DNA of 63,311 nt, the filler included, from Octopus bimaculoides (taxonomy: Eukaryota), in the NCBI RefSeq assembly GCF_001194135.2. It is 7 parts of 6 records of this genome, joined end to end, with 100 filler letters (N's around TTAATTAATTAA, not from the genome) between each part and the next. Parts side by side here need not be neighbours in the genome. Positions count along the whole stretch, not along the records: positions 37,813 to 59,100 come from NC_068982.1; 6 more parts are not named here. The stretch is one strand, 5' to 3'. The notes under the pieces are model-generated. The model saw only the letters and a list, made by a program, of their open reading frames with translations, made no database searches and was not told the origin of the DNA. Each line of letters starts with the position of its first letter. Within the stretch, counting starts at the first letter, position 1. Both the position numbers and the translations under genes were made by a program. Below are positions 38,585 to 52,501 of the stretch, piece after piece.

Positions 38585-39394
38585 GTATCAATTACAGCAG
38601 TACTACCAGAACCTAAGGTTTCTTGCACAGATAACTTATCTCTGGAATCTTCAGTTATCGGATGAGACTTGAAGCTTAGTCGAGAAATGTTAAGTACGTT
38701 GCCAGTGTACGTGCTTGTGTTTGCGCGCACGTGCTTGTATGCTAGTGTGAGTGCGTGCGTGTTTGTTTGTGTATGTATGTGTGTGCGTGTGTTTGCGTGT
38801 ATGCATGGATGTTTGTGAATATATGTAAGTAGTGGCATCTGTGCTAAAATATATATTTAAATGTATGCTCCCACTTTTCGTCAATACATATGTTAGTATT
38901 CATGGTTTTAATATATATACTAGTATTACTAAAATCTGTGACTTTGCGCGTGCGAGCGCGTGTGTATATGTGTGACAATACGGCTCATACGTATCCACGA
39001 TATTTAGTCTTATTAAATTACCCTGCGTCTACATCACTATGTTTGTGCATGTGCCTCGACATTGATGCTGTTTGCGTATATGCCTCGACATTCATGTAAC
39101 GAGACTTTTGACCTCGTGCAGTAGAAAGGTAATAAGTCACTTCCTTCAACATGGGCTTTCAGCAAGACATTCAATTGTATTGAGATCCTATATTTCTAAA
39201 ATGAAATCTGGTGGTATCTTTTTTTATATTAAAATTTAATGAATTTGGTTAAAAGCAGTTTACTATTAACTGAAGACGTTTTAATATATATTTCATATAA
39301 AGATGAGTGATTCTTCTCTTCATGTCACAGAAATGGTGTTTAAATGAGGGTGGAATTTTGAAAAATGAGTAAGACGAAAAGTGGTATGAGAAGT

Positions 39395-39614
39395 GACTGC
39401 GGGTTTTAAATTTTGGCACAAGGCCGGAAATTTCGAGGTTGGAATTAAGTCGATTACATCGACTCTAAGTTTCAGCTGGTAGTTAATTTATTGATCCCGA
39501 AAGGATGAAACGCAAGTCATCCTCGGCGGAATTTGAACTCAAGACGTAAGGACGATCGAAATTCCGCTAAGCATCTTGCCTGGCGTGCTAACGAGTCTGC
39601 CAGCTGGCTGCCTT
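39395..39614 (-). mobile_element. SINE family C
   Basis: Reverse complement of the 40581-40790 copy. Confidence 0.82.
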
Positions 39615-39909
39615 TGACTGTAGGAATATTAACGGTAGAACTGTGGAGGGTATCACATACTAAATAATTACCAAAAATTTGTAATTGATACAATTTTGGT
39701 AACGTAAAGAGAGCGATGGATTACAGGGCTTAGTATATTATCGTCGTCGTCATCATTATCACCACTACCACTACATCTACCACCAATGTCATCATCACCA
39801 CCGCTGCCACCACCACCACCATCATCACCATTATTAATCACCGCCATCATTATCATCATCGTTTTCATCATTATCAACGTCATTATTATCGTCATCATCA
39901 TCGTCGTCG

Positions 39910-39953
<44 letters not shown>

Positions 39954-40580
39954 TTTTCCTTGTAACCCTAGTGGTTGTCGAGCACCGCTAAGTAGCTGGC
40001 ATTTTCTCAGCGATTCCAGACAAGACACACAGGATTGGTTCGGCATTTACCTCATCCAGCCCCACACCTGCAATCTGATTCACCAGTGAAAAGTAACAAG
40101 TCACTTCCCTCCCCTTCCATTGTGTAAAGCTGTACATTCTTCAGAAGAAAATGTCACGTCTCGAAGACCTTGATTTGATATTGAGTATTTGATTTGGGAC
40201 TAACGTGATCGATGATGTTATTCGATATGATTTGTGATACGATTTTACCTCAACAGCATATCGAAGAGGCAATCTGTTTCCTAAAAACAAAAACAATAGG
40301 GCTGCTCCACATAAGTAACAGTGTGATTTGAAAAACATCGATTAATAGGGATTGACGAAAGTACTTCACAACACTCCCTCTAGAAGTGTTTAAAATATAA
40401 AATGGAGCTAGAGTAATAACCCCAATAAAATTAGTAATTCGAATATTTTTGCACATTATAGACACGGAGGTTAGAGTTGGTCTGGTTATGAAAGAGAATT
40501 AACTTTGGTAGATGGGATAGGGATTATTAAGCGTCTCCGATGAATTATATTCAGTTGGCAAAATCCTTATTTGGAAATAG

Positions 40581-40859
40581 AAGGGCGGCGAGTTGGTAGA
40601 ATCGTTAGCACGCCGGGTATAATGCTTAGCGGCATTTCGTCCCTCTTTACGTTCTGAGTTCAAATTCCGCCGAGGTCGACCTTGCCTTTCATCCTTTCGA
40701 GGTCGATAAATTAAGTATCAGTGAAACACAGGGGTCGATTTAATCGACTAGTCCCCACAACCATAACTTCAGGTCTTGTGCCTTTAGAAATAGAAGGCAG
40801 CGAGCTGGGGGAATGCTTAGCAGCATTTCGCCCATCTGTACGTTTTGAGTTCAAATACC
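40581..40859 (+). mobile_element. SINE family C, full copy followed by a second truncated head
   Basis: Head ggcggcgagttggtagaatcgttagcacgccgg, B-box gagttcaaattcc, central gaccttgcctttcatcctttcgaggtcgataaattaagtatcag (recalled as a Meta/MESC-type SINE domain, unverified). Confidence 0.85.
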
Positions 40860-42573
40860 TGTAGAAATAGACGAAATATAGTGTTGCTGTTTATTAATAA
40901 CATTATGATTGGAAGGGAAAGTACCTTAGGAAAGCATGATATTTATTATTGAGCTGGGAAATGAATGGCATGCCTAGTGTGTNNNNNNNNNNNNNNNNNN
41001 NNNNNNNNNNNNNNNNNNNNNNNNNNNNNNNNNNNNNNNNNNNNNNNNNNNNNNNNNNNNNNNNNNNNNNNNNNNATATATACGGCAGAGTTTCATCAAT
41101 GTTATATTGTGAGTTGAAAACTAGTGACCAAGATTCCTTCAAATCATGCCATAACTTCTTAAATAAAGAGGGATACACTTCATAATGAAATTATTAATGT
41201 ACAGAAAGACAAGATGGGTACGGCTGGAATGTTTTTGATCATAAGTTTTGTCAATTAGAGTTGACCTACGATCAACACGTCTCTTTTCATATTTCGTTTT
41301 CGTTTAATTCTCTTTTATAAACTGTCACGTTAAGCCTCCGTTTTCGTCAATATTTTAAGTAAATAAGTGTTAGCGTTTTAATTATTTTTTATTTTATATC
41401 TCAGTAAGTTAATACATGAAAAAATACTTAAAGAAAAACAAAAATAAAATAAAAGGCATTTCTCTCGATTTCTGTGGGGAAGGAATCAGAAGAATTCCGC
41501 TGTAAACCAGAAGTACCTATACCCTAACATAAACATAAGGGAGAAAAATCAAGTCAGTAAGGTGCCCTACATTAAAATGCTTATTTGTTCTCGTTGAAAA
41601 ATTGAAACACAACAAATGTTAAGACCAAAAGTTCGTTATTCGGATCCACAAGAAAGTAGCGTGCACCAGAAGTATCTTGGTAATCGTTTCTTATATAATG
41701 TATGTTTTTAAGTCAGTAGATGCATATTCCTTAAACTTCTAACTGTAATACTCATAGGTTATCCATTAGTAGGGATTACAATTTATCTGGATTAATTTCC
41801 CTTAGAAGGTAGCGCCATGGGAGACAGGAAGAAATATAACCGCTGTTTCTTATCCGTAAACTAACAAGGCAGGTTATCATAATATCACTGCAATCTTAAT
41901 GAGTAAAGGAGGAAATTGACTACTGACACTTAAATTTATATTAATCGCCGTACTTCCAGTTTACGACGAGTTCTATAGTATTTTGTCTTTAGCTTTATTT
42001 TTTTCTTCAAAAAGCTATGAGTGTGTGGGTGTGTGTTAATCTTCTAATTTTTTTTTAATTGGTCAATAACTATTGATATTTTCCTTTTCTCTTATCACCG
42101 TTACTTCTTTCGTCGATATTACTTCAGTTGATGGTTCTTTTCTATCGATGACTTCCTATAAGGTTTTTGTTTCTGTGTTCTTTTACTTATTTGCATAAGC
42201 TATATCGCTATATCACAAATCCGAGAGTGAAGTCACAATTTACANNNNNNNNNNNNNNNNNNNNNNNNNNNNNNNNNNNNNNNNNNNNNNNNNNNNNNNN
42301 NNNNNNNNNNNNNNNNNNNNNNNNNNNNNNNNNNNNNNNNNNNNNNNNNNNNNNNNNNNNNNNNNNNNNNNNNNNNNNNNNNNNNNNNNNNNNNNNNNNN
42401 NNNNNNNNNNNNNNNNNNNNNNNNNNNNNNNNNNNNNNNNNNNNNNNNNNNNNNNNNNNNNNNNNNNNNNNNNNNNNNNNNNNNNNNNNNNNNNNNNNNN
42501 NNNNNNNNNNNNNNNNNNNNNNNNNNNNNNNNNNNNNNNNNNNNNNNNNNNNNNNNNNNNNNNNNNNNNNNNN

Positions 42574-42654
<81 letters not shown>

Positions 42655-42655
42655 C

Positions 42656-43142
42656 AAATAACGAAGGCGGCTAGATATAATGTAAAACCAGAAAGGGAAA
42701 ATTCAATTGTCCCTAATGATGACAGAGGGTGTAGGATAGCACCTACATAACTAGAAACTAGAGTCAAAGACCATTATAGCCACACAATGTACTGACAGGG
42801 CAGATTACCGTCCCACAGCGAGCGAGAATGCTATACCAGCAAGCTAGTTTCTCATGAAATTAAAGCACGTCAGTAGTGATCACTCCATCGCTGAAAGTTA
42901 AGCTAAATGCTACCTGTCAGTATATAGTATTTACCATATGAAACAATGACTGATTCAGCAAAATGGTAATGTGAAAATTATAAAATAACGAAGGTCGCTA
43001 GACGTAATATAACACCAAAGACGAAAAATTCAATTGTCACTAATAGTGACTGATGGTGCAGGGTAGCTTCTACATTGCTAGAAACAAGAGTCAAGGACCC
43101 TTATAGTCACAAAAAACACATTCTATGTACTGACAGGTGATA
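42656..43142. repeat. Diverged direct repeat, about 150 bp aligned, period 327 bp
   Basis: aaataacgaagg..ctaga...aaaattcaattgtc...ctagaaac.agagtcaa.gacc.ttatag...tgtactgacagg at 42656 and 42983; the second copy runs into a gap. Confidence 0.85.
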
Positions 43143-43626
43143 NNNNNNNNNNNNNNNNNNNNNNNNNNNNNNNNNNNNNNNNNNNNNNNNNNNNNNNNNN
43201 NNNNNNNNNNNNNNNNNNNNNNNNNNNNNNNNNNNNNNNNNNNNNNNNNNNNNNNNNNNNNNNNNNNNNNNNNNNNNNNNNNNNNNNNNNNNNNNNNNNN
43301 NNNNNNNNNNNNNNNNNNNNNNNNNNNNNNNNNNNNNNNNNNNNNNNNNNNNNNNNNNNNNNNNNNNNNNNNNNNNNNNNNNNNNNNNNNNNNNNNNNNN
43401 NNNNNNNNNNNNNNNNNNNNNNNNNNNNNNNNNNNNNNNNNNNNNNNNNNNNNNNNNNNNNNNNNNNNNNNNNNNNNNNNNNNNNNNNNNNNNNNNNNNN
43501 NNNNNNNNNNNNNNNNNNNNNNNNNNNNNNNNNNNNNNNNNNNNNNNNNNNNNNNNNNNNNNNNNNNNNNNNNNNNNNNNNNNNNNNNNNNNNNNNNNNN
43601 NNNNNNNNNNNNNNNNNNNNNNNNNN

Positions 43627-43671
<45 letters not shown>

Positions 43672-43689
43672 AAATATATATATAGATGT

Positions 43690-43945
43690 TCCAGTTGATC
43701 CTATCAACAGAACAGCCCATTCTTGAAATTAACGTGAAAGTGGCTCAGCACTCCACTAACATTTAATGTAGTTTTCACGGAGATTTAGCGTGACACAGAA
43801 TGTGGCAAGACTGGCCATTTGAAAAGCTGGTACTGCTAATTTTTGCCAGCTGGGTGGACTGGAGCAACGTGAAATAAAAAGTCTTGCACAAGGACACAAC
43901 GCGCCGCCCGGTTTCGAACTCGCCACCTTACGATCGTGAGCCACG
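43690..43945 (-). mobile_element. SINE family B
   Basis: gaaattaacgtgaaagtggctcagcactccac...ggactggagcaacgtgaaataaa...caaggacacaacgcg matches the other B copies. Confidence 0.8.
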
Positions 43946-45048
43946 TGCTTTCACTTGTATGTAAATACGCTAGTATCGAACAGTGAGAATGAGTGCACAT
44001 TGGTTGCTTTGATGATCCACAAATGAGTATGTATATGTGTGGTGGTGGTGGGGGGCGCACGTGTATTTCACACTATTACTCGAATTATCTGAAAATTCAC
44101 AAATATCCAAAGAAATGTATAAAGACAAATATCAAAGAATGAAGTTAGCAATTCATTTTAATAATTCATTTACAATCGTTTCATCGTCATGCAATAAAAT
44201 CATTATAATCAATCTTGCCTTATGTTATAACCATGTTGGCAATTATTGACTAAGTAACATGTGCTATGTAGGATTTCTTTCATAACATATGCTGAACTTT
44301 ATATATAAATATATATATAAAGGCGTAGAATATTTCTAGTCTGCAAGATTGTCATGCATACTCGTCCCACTATTGTAGCTCATATTTAGATCCTGTGTTT
44401 ATTAAATGATAATAAACAGTTGGTGCAGTATATTTTTGTTGATCTCACCAATAGCGAAACAGCAGGCACACATACGCACACACATTATCTTGTATTCCGG
44501 AAGTGCCATTCTCGTAAAGCCTTTAAACATACTCACTGGCTGGTATTCGTCCTATATCTCTTTTCTTTGAAATATTTTTCACGACACGAAACGTTTGTTT
44601 TTATAAATGGGTATATTCTCATATATTTTTCATTTTTAAGTTATTTTACTCTGTTATATTTCAGCTCTGTGGTGAATGTGTTTATTTACTTGTAAATCCA
44701 TTTTCATCGTCTGAAAATATGACGTTCCATGTTAGCTCTGCTTTAACAGCCACTCATTCTCTGATACAAATGTAGCGACAGACCACAGATTCACATCGTT
44801 CCCAACATCTCTTATCATCGTCTTTGCATTTTTCTGCCATATATACTTGAACACAAATATAAGGCAGAGTAACTATTGTGTTTGCGTTGGGTAAAAAAGT
44901 GAATACCATACACTTACTCCAGTCGATTGGGGAGAATTTGTTCCCGCATTTGATGTTGTGCATTTTTTCAGTGCTGTTTCAACGCTAATTGAAAACGTTT
45001 TTAAAATAGTTATATTTTTGTTTGCTCCCTTTCACACATACTCGCTCA

Positions 45049-45121
<73 letters not shown>

Positions 45122-45719
45122 TCGCTCTCACTCTCTTTGTAGCAAAGAGATACTGTCTAGTTTTACAAAATTCTCCCAATTAAAACTTTTTCAAGGAGCA
45201 GCATTAAATCTAAAAATTCTGTTTCTGAGACGACAGGCAAAAATAACTTCTTTTCACAATTAATATATGAATGGTTTAATATGTTGGTCTTCGCACAAGT
45301 GCTATTGTTACTATTATGACTGTCATTAAGATTACTAGTTAGACTGTTTGAAATAGTTTCTTCTATGAATTGCTCATTAAAAATCTTTCCTATTTTCTGT
45401 TTGTTCATTGAATGCTGTAATTTGTTTTTGTACATTTCCGAAATTTCTGTAATATTTTGCTTCGAAAGGCGGGTGTATTTCGTAGGCAATTTGAGCATAT
45501 GAAGTCACAATGTATAAGCAAATAAAAACTGTAAAAAATTAACGTCTTTTTTTGTTTGTTTATCCCTGAGTATCGGGAGGTGGGGCAAACCGTTGTCAGG
45601 TAAATAACTTCCTTTCTACCAAGTATTTCAGAGAGGATTTTGTCTTTGGTATTAAAGCTTGAAATAAACTCGTATCATAGAGATAAATGGAAAACACTTC
45701 TCCAACATACAGGAACCTA

Positions 45720-45922
<203 letters not shown>

Positions 45923-46129
45923 GGAAAGAGAATATACAAAAAAAAAGATAGAATTGAAAATAATACGAGAAAGGATTTCCCAATCGTTAATGAACAAATA
46001 GTTCAGAAATACAAAATAACAAAACAAACTGTGTACTTGAAATCAAAGAACTACAAAAACAAGAGATCTTCGTTAAATCTCAAAGAATATGTCGGAATGA
46101 AAAATGCCAACGATTTGAACGAAATAGAC

Positions 46130-47150
46130 TGTTCGACTCCAACCCAATACGATTCCGTGAAGAACTGTATAAGAATGTAATAGAAGTCAACACAGTGCCA
46201 GCAGCAAGAGAAGTAGAAGGAATTATATTTACGATAACTACAATGTGGTAGGGGTCTTATACAACTAGAAAACCATTACGAAATATCCGCAGTAGGACTA
46301 AAAAAATATCCTCTGCAGAATCATAGAACATTAATACAAACAGCTATGAAACAGAGACAAAATAAAATAAACTATTTTCTGTCTCTTCGAAGAAGCCACA
46401 CAATACAAAACGAAGGCTTTACTAACAGATAATTGTAAAAAAAAAAAAAAAAAAAGAGACAATAGAAATCGGAAAATTGCTAGAAAGCAAAGTAAAATTG
46501 GAACTAGAGAATGGTAAAATGATTCAAAGAAGAACCCTTACCTGACCAAGACAGGAGGAACCTGCGTGGAAATAAACAAAGAAAACTCTCATCCATGGCT
46601 GAGAAGTGCAGGACTCAAACGAAGTCGAAAGTCTTCCCATTAGAGAAACCACCAAAGGACAAAAGTGTTTTCGCTAGAGAAACTACTGAAAGAATATAAT
46701 GAAATAAAATACAATTCTAATTGCAGAATAAGGAGAGATGAAGAAGAATCGATAAATCATATCACTAGCAGCCTTGTTTGTAACTAAGAAAGAATACATC
46801 CATAGACATGATAGAGTTGAAAGTTGCACCAGCACTATGGAATGCCAAAAGAGGTGGTATGAAGACTCTAGGAAAACTCTCAGTAAATGGTAAAATAAAA
46901 TTATGCTATCAACAGAGTGGTCATGGTTAAACGCTCTGATGCTGTTGTCAAGGACTACCTGAAAAAGACGTCTCCTACTCGACAGAGCAGTTCTAACAGA
47001 TGGTAAAGTATCTCTGAAAGATTTGGAGAAATGGGCCAAGTATTAAGATATGAAAACAGGCAAAACCCGAATGTGGAGCCTAAAAACAAAAACAATCCCT
47101 TGAACAATAGGTTCTTTTGGAATAATCAAAAGGTATAACCAGAACTCCTA
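46130..47150 (+). mobile_element. Degenerate R4/Dong-like (RLE-type) non-LTR retrotransposon fragment 1
   Basis: EINKENSHPWLRSAGLK; CRIRRDEEESINHI (zinc-knuckle remnant); KEYIHRHDRV (RHD at 46804-46812); DGKVSLKDLEKWAKY*D...TRMWSLKTKTIP*TIGSFGIIK (restriction-like endonuclease tail). Many stops and frameshifts. Confidence 0.78.
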
Positions 47151-47169
47151 ACCATGCATGGAGTCAATA

Positions 47170-48125
47170 TCATCCACGTTGCAGACATTGATCGTCTATC
47201 CAAGAAGAGAGCAAATGAAGAAAGGGGACAGATAAGTGTAGAAGATTGCGTGGATATTGGACATGGGATATGACTGAGACATCAAACCTAAAGTGATGAC
47301 ACTTTGCTAGTGGCAGTTAGAGATGAGGGCATATTGAAAGCAGGGGAAAAGAAAAGAACAAAGCAAGAATTACACGAAGGACATGAAGAAGCACTGCGCA
47401 ACAAGTAACTACAATATCAATATTTTGTAGCCCCAACTGAAGTTGCTGGTGAACGTAAGTGGGGCTTTTAAAGAAAGTAACAATTAAAAAGAAAACTGTG
47501 TGTACTACACTCGCAGCGCAAGACCAAATTGTACGGTCAGTTTTAGAAATAAACAAGTGTCTCTGTCGTATCGAATAGATAATTAATTTCGTGTAATGAA
47601 TTTGATTCATATTCTAAATGAATCTCGTACATTTACTCGAAATCCAGTATAAGTTGTGACGTCAGGATGAGGTAGCGAAATTTCAGCATTGGAAACTGTG
47701 TAGAAAGTGGTTATGGAGTGGAAAGTGGTTAAGCAGTGGTAAGATATGGCATGACCACAAGCCACAAAGCGACTGAGTCGGAGACTTGCAAAATCCTATG
47801 GGAGTTTCCGGTTCAAACGGACTAGGTGTTTGAGCACAACAAACTGGACTTGTGGTGGCTGATAAAGTAAACCGCATGTGCTCTACAATTGATACAACAT
47901 GCCAATTTGATCGACTGATAGTTATGAAGAAAGGCGAGAAAGTAGGCGCGTATAATCCTCTTAGGTTGGAGATAGCCAAATTGTGAAAGACAATAAACTA
48001 GGAAAATGGTGCCAATTATTTCTGGGGTCTTGGGGATAGTATAAAAAGATATTGAGAAGATTATAAAGAAAATGAAAATAGTGTCTAGTAGAGCTGTTGT
48101 AAAAAGCTTGCCTCCTGAGCATTAG
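47170..48125 (+). mobile_element. Degenerate R4/Dong-like non-LTR retrotransposon fragment 2 (different subfamily)
   Basis: ADIDRLSKKRANEERGQISVEDCV (thumb); TLAAQDQ (47510-47527); CKILWEFPVQTD*VFEHNKLD; LVVADK...IDTTCQFD...KGEK...Y.PLRLEIAKL* (PD..D..EK..KY-type endonuclease). Confidence 0.8.
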
Positions 48126-48268
48126 ATAGTATTAGATAGTTGAAGAAAACAAATAGAATGGTACCATAGATTGCAAGTAGCAGGTCCGCCATTCATTCAA
48201 GATCCCAGAAGTTCCAACAAAAGTTGAGTTAAAAGAATAGATGATAATGGTGATGATGATGATGATGA

Positions 48269-48309
<41 letters not shown>

Positions 48310-48311
48310 GT

Positions 48312-48842
48312 CCTCATGCAGTGCCAAGCACTGGCTCTCATGGCTTCTCATCTTAACTGATTGGAAGTATTATCATGTACATGTTTTGTTTTGGTGTAAA
48401 AGATGGACTACAGCAAATATTCTACTCACTACCACAGATTTGTTTGCCAGTTGTTTGATCTGAATCAGTTGAACATGTACTTTGGTGGCTGACGATATGT
48501 GCATCTCTGATCACGAGCAGAAATAGTGGAAGAGCATCATAGCAATGTGTTGAGAGGAGTTCTTTGGGGTTTGAATAATTCACCTCAGGAAACATGGGTG
48601 TTTTGTTCATCACCCTTAAACAACTCTTATTCAGGGACCTTTTGAGCGGGATGGTCTACTCAACCTGAAAAAATTCCAATTGGGTCCCACCTGCAAGGTC
48701 ATGTGCTGTTTATTTTGATATGAGATCACCATCTCATGCACATATAGTTGTGATGCATATGCCCGGTGTGCCCATATCAGACGGATATTCATGATGGGTC
48801 GTCGTATATTTAACTGCTCTCTCACTCAATAATAATAATAAT
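48312..48842 (+). mobile_element. Probable non-autonomous interspersed repeat ending in (AAT)n
   Basis: About 530-bp non-coding block between a (GAT/GAC)n tract and an (AAT)n tail. Recalled as an abundant octopus repeat; single copy in this window, so unverified. Confidence 0.4.
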
Positions 48843-49497
48843 GATATTAAAACTTCTTGCGAGTAAACTCTGTTACTTCATTGTGTTAGACGACATTTAA
48901 AGGTCTATAACTGCACAGATGTTATATAGACACCTTATACACACTTTAATCATGTTACTTAAAATGTACCAAGATATCACCAAAAAGGACAGTCATGGTC
49001 GGAACCCTTTCTCTGACAGCTAAATTAAGGTAAACTTGAAGTTAACCTTTAATATTATTTCCATAAGAATAATATCTAGTCCTGCACCGAGATAAAATGA
49101 AGCTGCCTTTAAGTGGGTCACTTGACCTGCTAGAAATGGCAGCCAAATACCTTGCAATTATTTCTTATTCTCTTCAAACACAATGAAGAACATGTTGCTC
49201 GAGATAGTTGCTCGAGATACTAAATTCGCTAAATGGAAGATGAAATAGTCACGATGGTAGCAACTTTAAATATAAGTCCACAGGATTAAGATTGACCTGA
49301 GAGTAAACAACAACTAAAACAACACAACTTCATTTCCGAGACAAAAAAAATAAATAAATAAACGCTTCCACTTTTTTCAACGCCTTCCCCTCCAGTATGA
49401 GCACCAACAGCATCAAACGATTGCTTTTAATAGAAGTGAAACACCTGTTTCCATCATCAATACAAAACATTACTACTACTACTACTACTACTACTAT

Positions 49498-49555
<58 letters not shown>

Positions 49556-50046
49556 GCAGCTGCTGCTGCTGCTGCTGCCGTTGCCGCTGCTGCTGCTGTT
49601 GATAATGCTGCTGCTACAACCACTGCTACTACTACCCATATATAAATATGTTAGGACTTTTTGTGTGTATGTATGCATGTATATGTATAAACAATCTCCA
49701 AAATGGAGGGAATACCTTTCTCCATGTGATCGGCTTGAAAAGTTGTTAAGATACTTGGATATTTTTCTACCTTTCATAACATGNNNNNNNNNNNNNNNNN
49801 NNNNNNNNNNNNNNNNNNNNNNNNNNNNNNNNNNNNNNNNNNNNNNNNNNNNNNNNNNNNNNNNNNNNNNNNNNNNNNNNNNNNNNNNNNNNNNNNNNNN
49901 NNNNNNNNNNNNNNNNNNNNNNNNNNNNNNNNNNNNNNNNNNNNNNNNNNNNNNNNNNNNNNNNNNNNNNNNNNNNNNNNNNNNNNNNNNNNNNNNNNNN
50001 NNNNNNNNNNNNNNNNNNNNNNNNNNNNNNNNNNNNNNNNNNNNNN

Positions 50047-50182
50047 CATGTTGGGGCATCGCCTTGGACAATTTTTTGTCGAATGAATCGACCTCAGTAC
50101 TTTTTTTCTCCAAAGCCTGGTACTTATTCGCTCGATCTCCAACGGTGGTGGGGGACAAACACAAATACACAGACACACACTT

Positions 50183-50234
<52 letters not shown>

Positions 50235-50383
50235 TTTTCTTTTAGTTTCCACCTACGAAATCTACTCACAAGGCTTTGGTCCACCCGAGGCTATAGTACA
50301 TTTGCCGAAGGTGCCATGCAGCGAAACAGAACCCAGAACCATGTGGTTGGGAAGCAAGATTCTTACCGAACAGTCACGCCTAC
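50047..50383 (-). mobile_element. SINE family A, diverged copy with central (GATA)n
   Basis: catgttggggcatcgcc, gggggacaaacacaaatac, aaatctactcacaaggctttggtc, ccatgtggttgggaagcaag. Confidence 0.8.
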
Positions 50384-51758
50384 ACCTACACACGCAAAAT
50401 CATACACACAGAGACACTCAGATATATATGTATGTGTATTTGTGTGTGTGTTTTGAAGAAAGACATTCTCCGCGTGTTACATTATTCTAAAAATAGAGGA
50501 GAAAATCCAATGAACTAGTTTATGTTCAAACTATTTCTTTCGCTGGGGATTTTCTACTTTATTCTTTGTCTCTGTCTCCCCTTCTCTTTTTCTTTTTCTC
50601 CTCTCTCCCCTTTCTCTCTCTACACCACGCACACACACACACATATGTATATATATATATATATACACACACATACATACGTACATACATACATAATAAA
50701 GATATCCATATATATAAATACACACACAAATACATACATACATACACACATACATACATACATACAAACATACATACATACATNNNNNNNNNNNNNNNNN
50801 NNNNNNNNNNNNNNNNNNNNNNNNNNNNNNNNNNNNNNNNNNNNNNNNNNNNNNNNNNNNNNNNNNNNNNNNNNNNNNNNNNNNNNNNNNNNNNNNNNNN
50901 NNNNNNNNNNNNNNNNNNNNNNNNNNNNNNNNNNNNNNNNNNNNNNNNNNNNNNNNNNNNNNNNNNNNNNNNNNNNNNNNNNNNNNNNNNNNNNNNNNNN
51001 NNNNNNNNNNNNNNNNNNNNNNNNNNNNNNNNNNNNNNNNNNNNNNNNNNNNNNNNNNNNNNNNNNNNNNNNNNNNNNNNNNNNNNNNNNNNNNNNNNNN
51101 NNNNNNNNNNNNNNNNNNNNNNNNNNNNNNNNNNNNNNNNNNNNNNNNNNNNNNNNNNNNNNNNNNNNNNNNNNNNNNNNNNNNNNNNNNNNNNNNNNNN
51201 NNNNNNNNNNNNNNNNNNNNNNNNNNNNNNNNNNNNNNNNNNNNNNNNNNNNNNNNNNNNNNNNNNNNNNNNNNNNNNNNNNNNNNNNNNNNNNNNNNNN
51301 NNNNNNNNNNNNNNNNNNNNNNNNNNNNNNNNNNNNNNNNNNNNNNNNNNNNNNNNNNNNNNNNNNNNNNNNNNNNNNNNNNNNNNNNNNNNNNNNNNNN
51401 NNNNNNNNNNNNNNNNNNNNNNNNNNNNNNNNNNNNNNNNNNNNNNNNNNNNNNNNNNNNNNNNNNNNNNNNNNNNNNNNNNNNNNNNNNNNNNNNNNNN
51501 NNNNNNNNNNNNNNNNNNNNNNNNNNNNNNNNNNNNNNNNNNNNNNNNNNNNNNNNNNNNNNNNNNNNNNNNNNNNNNNNNNNNNNNNNNNNNNNNNNNN
51601 NNNNNNNNNNNNNNNNNNNNNNNNNNNNNNNNNNNNNNNNNNNNNNNNNNNNNNNNNNNNNNNNNNNNNNNNNNNNNNNNNNNNNNNNNNNNNNNNNNNN
51701 NNNNNNNNNNNNNNNNNNNNNNNNNNNNNNNNNNNNNNNNNNNNNNNNNNNATATATA

Positions 51759-51793
<35 letters not shown>

Positions 51794-52260
51794 GTGTATG
51801 TATGTATGTATGCATGTATGTATGTATATATGTATGTATGTATGTATGTATGCATGCCTATATAGAGTATATTTATGTATGTATATATCTTATAAATTGT
51901 AAAATTGTAATGCTAGCGTGGGCCTTTTTTTATAAAATGAGAAGGGTTCAAGAGTGTTAGTGTGAGGGAAATGAGGTGGCATAGGGAGAAAACTAGATAT
52001 CAAGGAAGGGGAGAACAAAGTTATGTAAGTGACAAATATGGAGTGGCAGTGGGGTGATAACGTTAATACAGCTGTCATTCAGGGATACACACGCGCTCAC
52101 TTTCATAACTTATAAAAGGCTTAGCAATCGTACGGCTGTTCTGTCTGTGCTATAAGGGAGGTGTGAGGTGCGAACCGAGTTGTACTGAAGTTGAATGTAA
52201 GGGATAAGGCAGAAATTAAGTGAAAGTATCTAAATTTGGAAATTTTGAAGCAGTATATAA

Positions 52261-52420
52261 TAAAAATGGGGAAGGTCGGTTTACGAGTTTACCTTAGGTT
52301 TCCCGTCAATAGAGGTCATGGGCCAACAGGTTTTTGGGATCTGACGATACACCATAAAGTTAAACCTTTTATGGACAGGGAACCTAAGGTAATCCCATAA
52401 ACCGACTTTCCCAATTTTTA
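52261..52420. mobile_element. Old MITE-like element with about 55-bp imperfect terminal inverted repeats
   Basis: 52261-52315 is about 80% identical to the reverse complement of 52365-52420; TA at both ends. Confidence 0.65.
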
Positions 52421-52501
52421 ATATATATATATTTTTCATTTCATTTCATTTCATTTCATTTCAAAGTTTCAGCTCAGAGCTGCGGCCATGCTGATGCACC
52501 A

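Noticed and set aside
40140-40560. Possible LINE RT fragment
   Set aside because: Could not recover a recognisable RT motif by eye.
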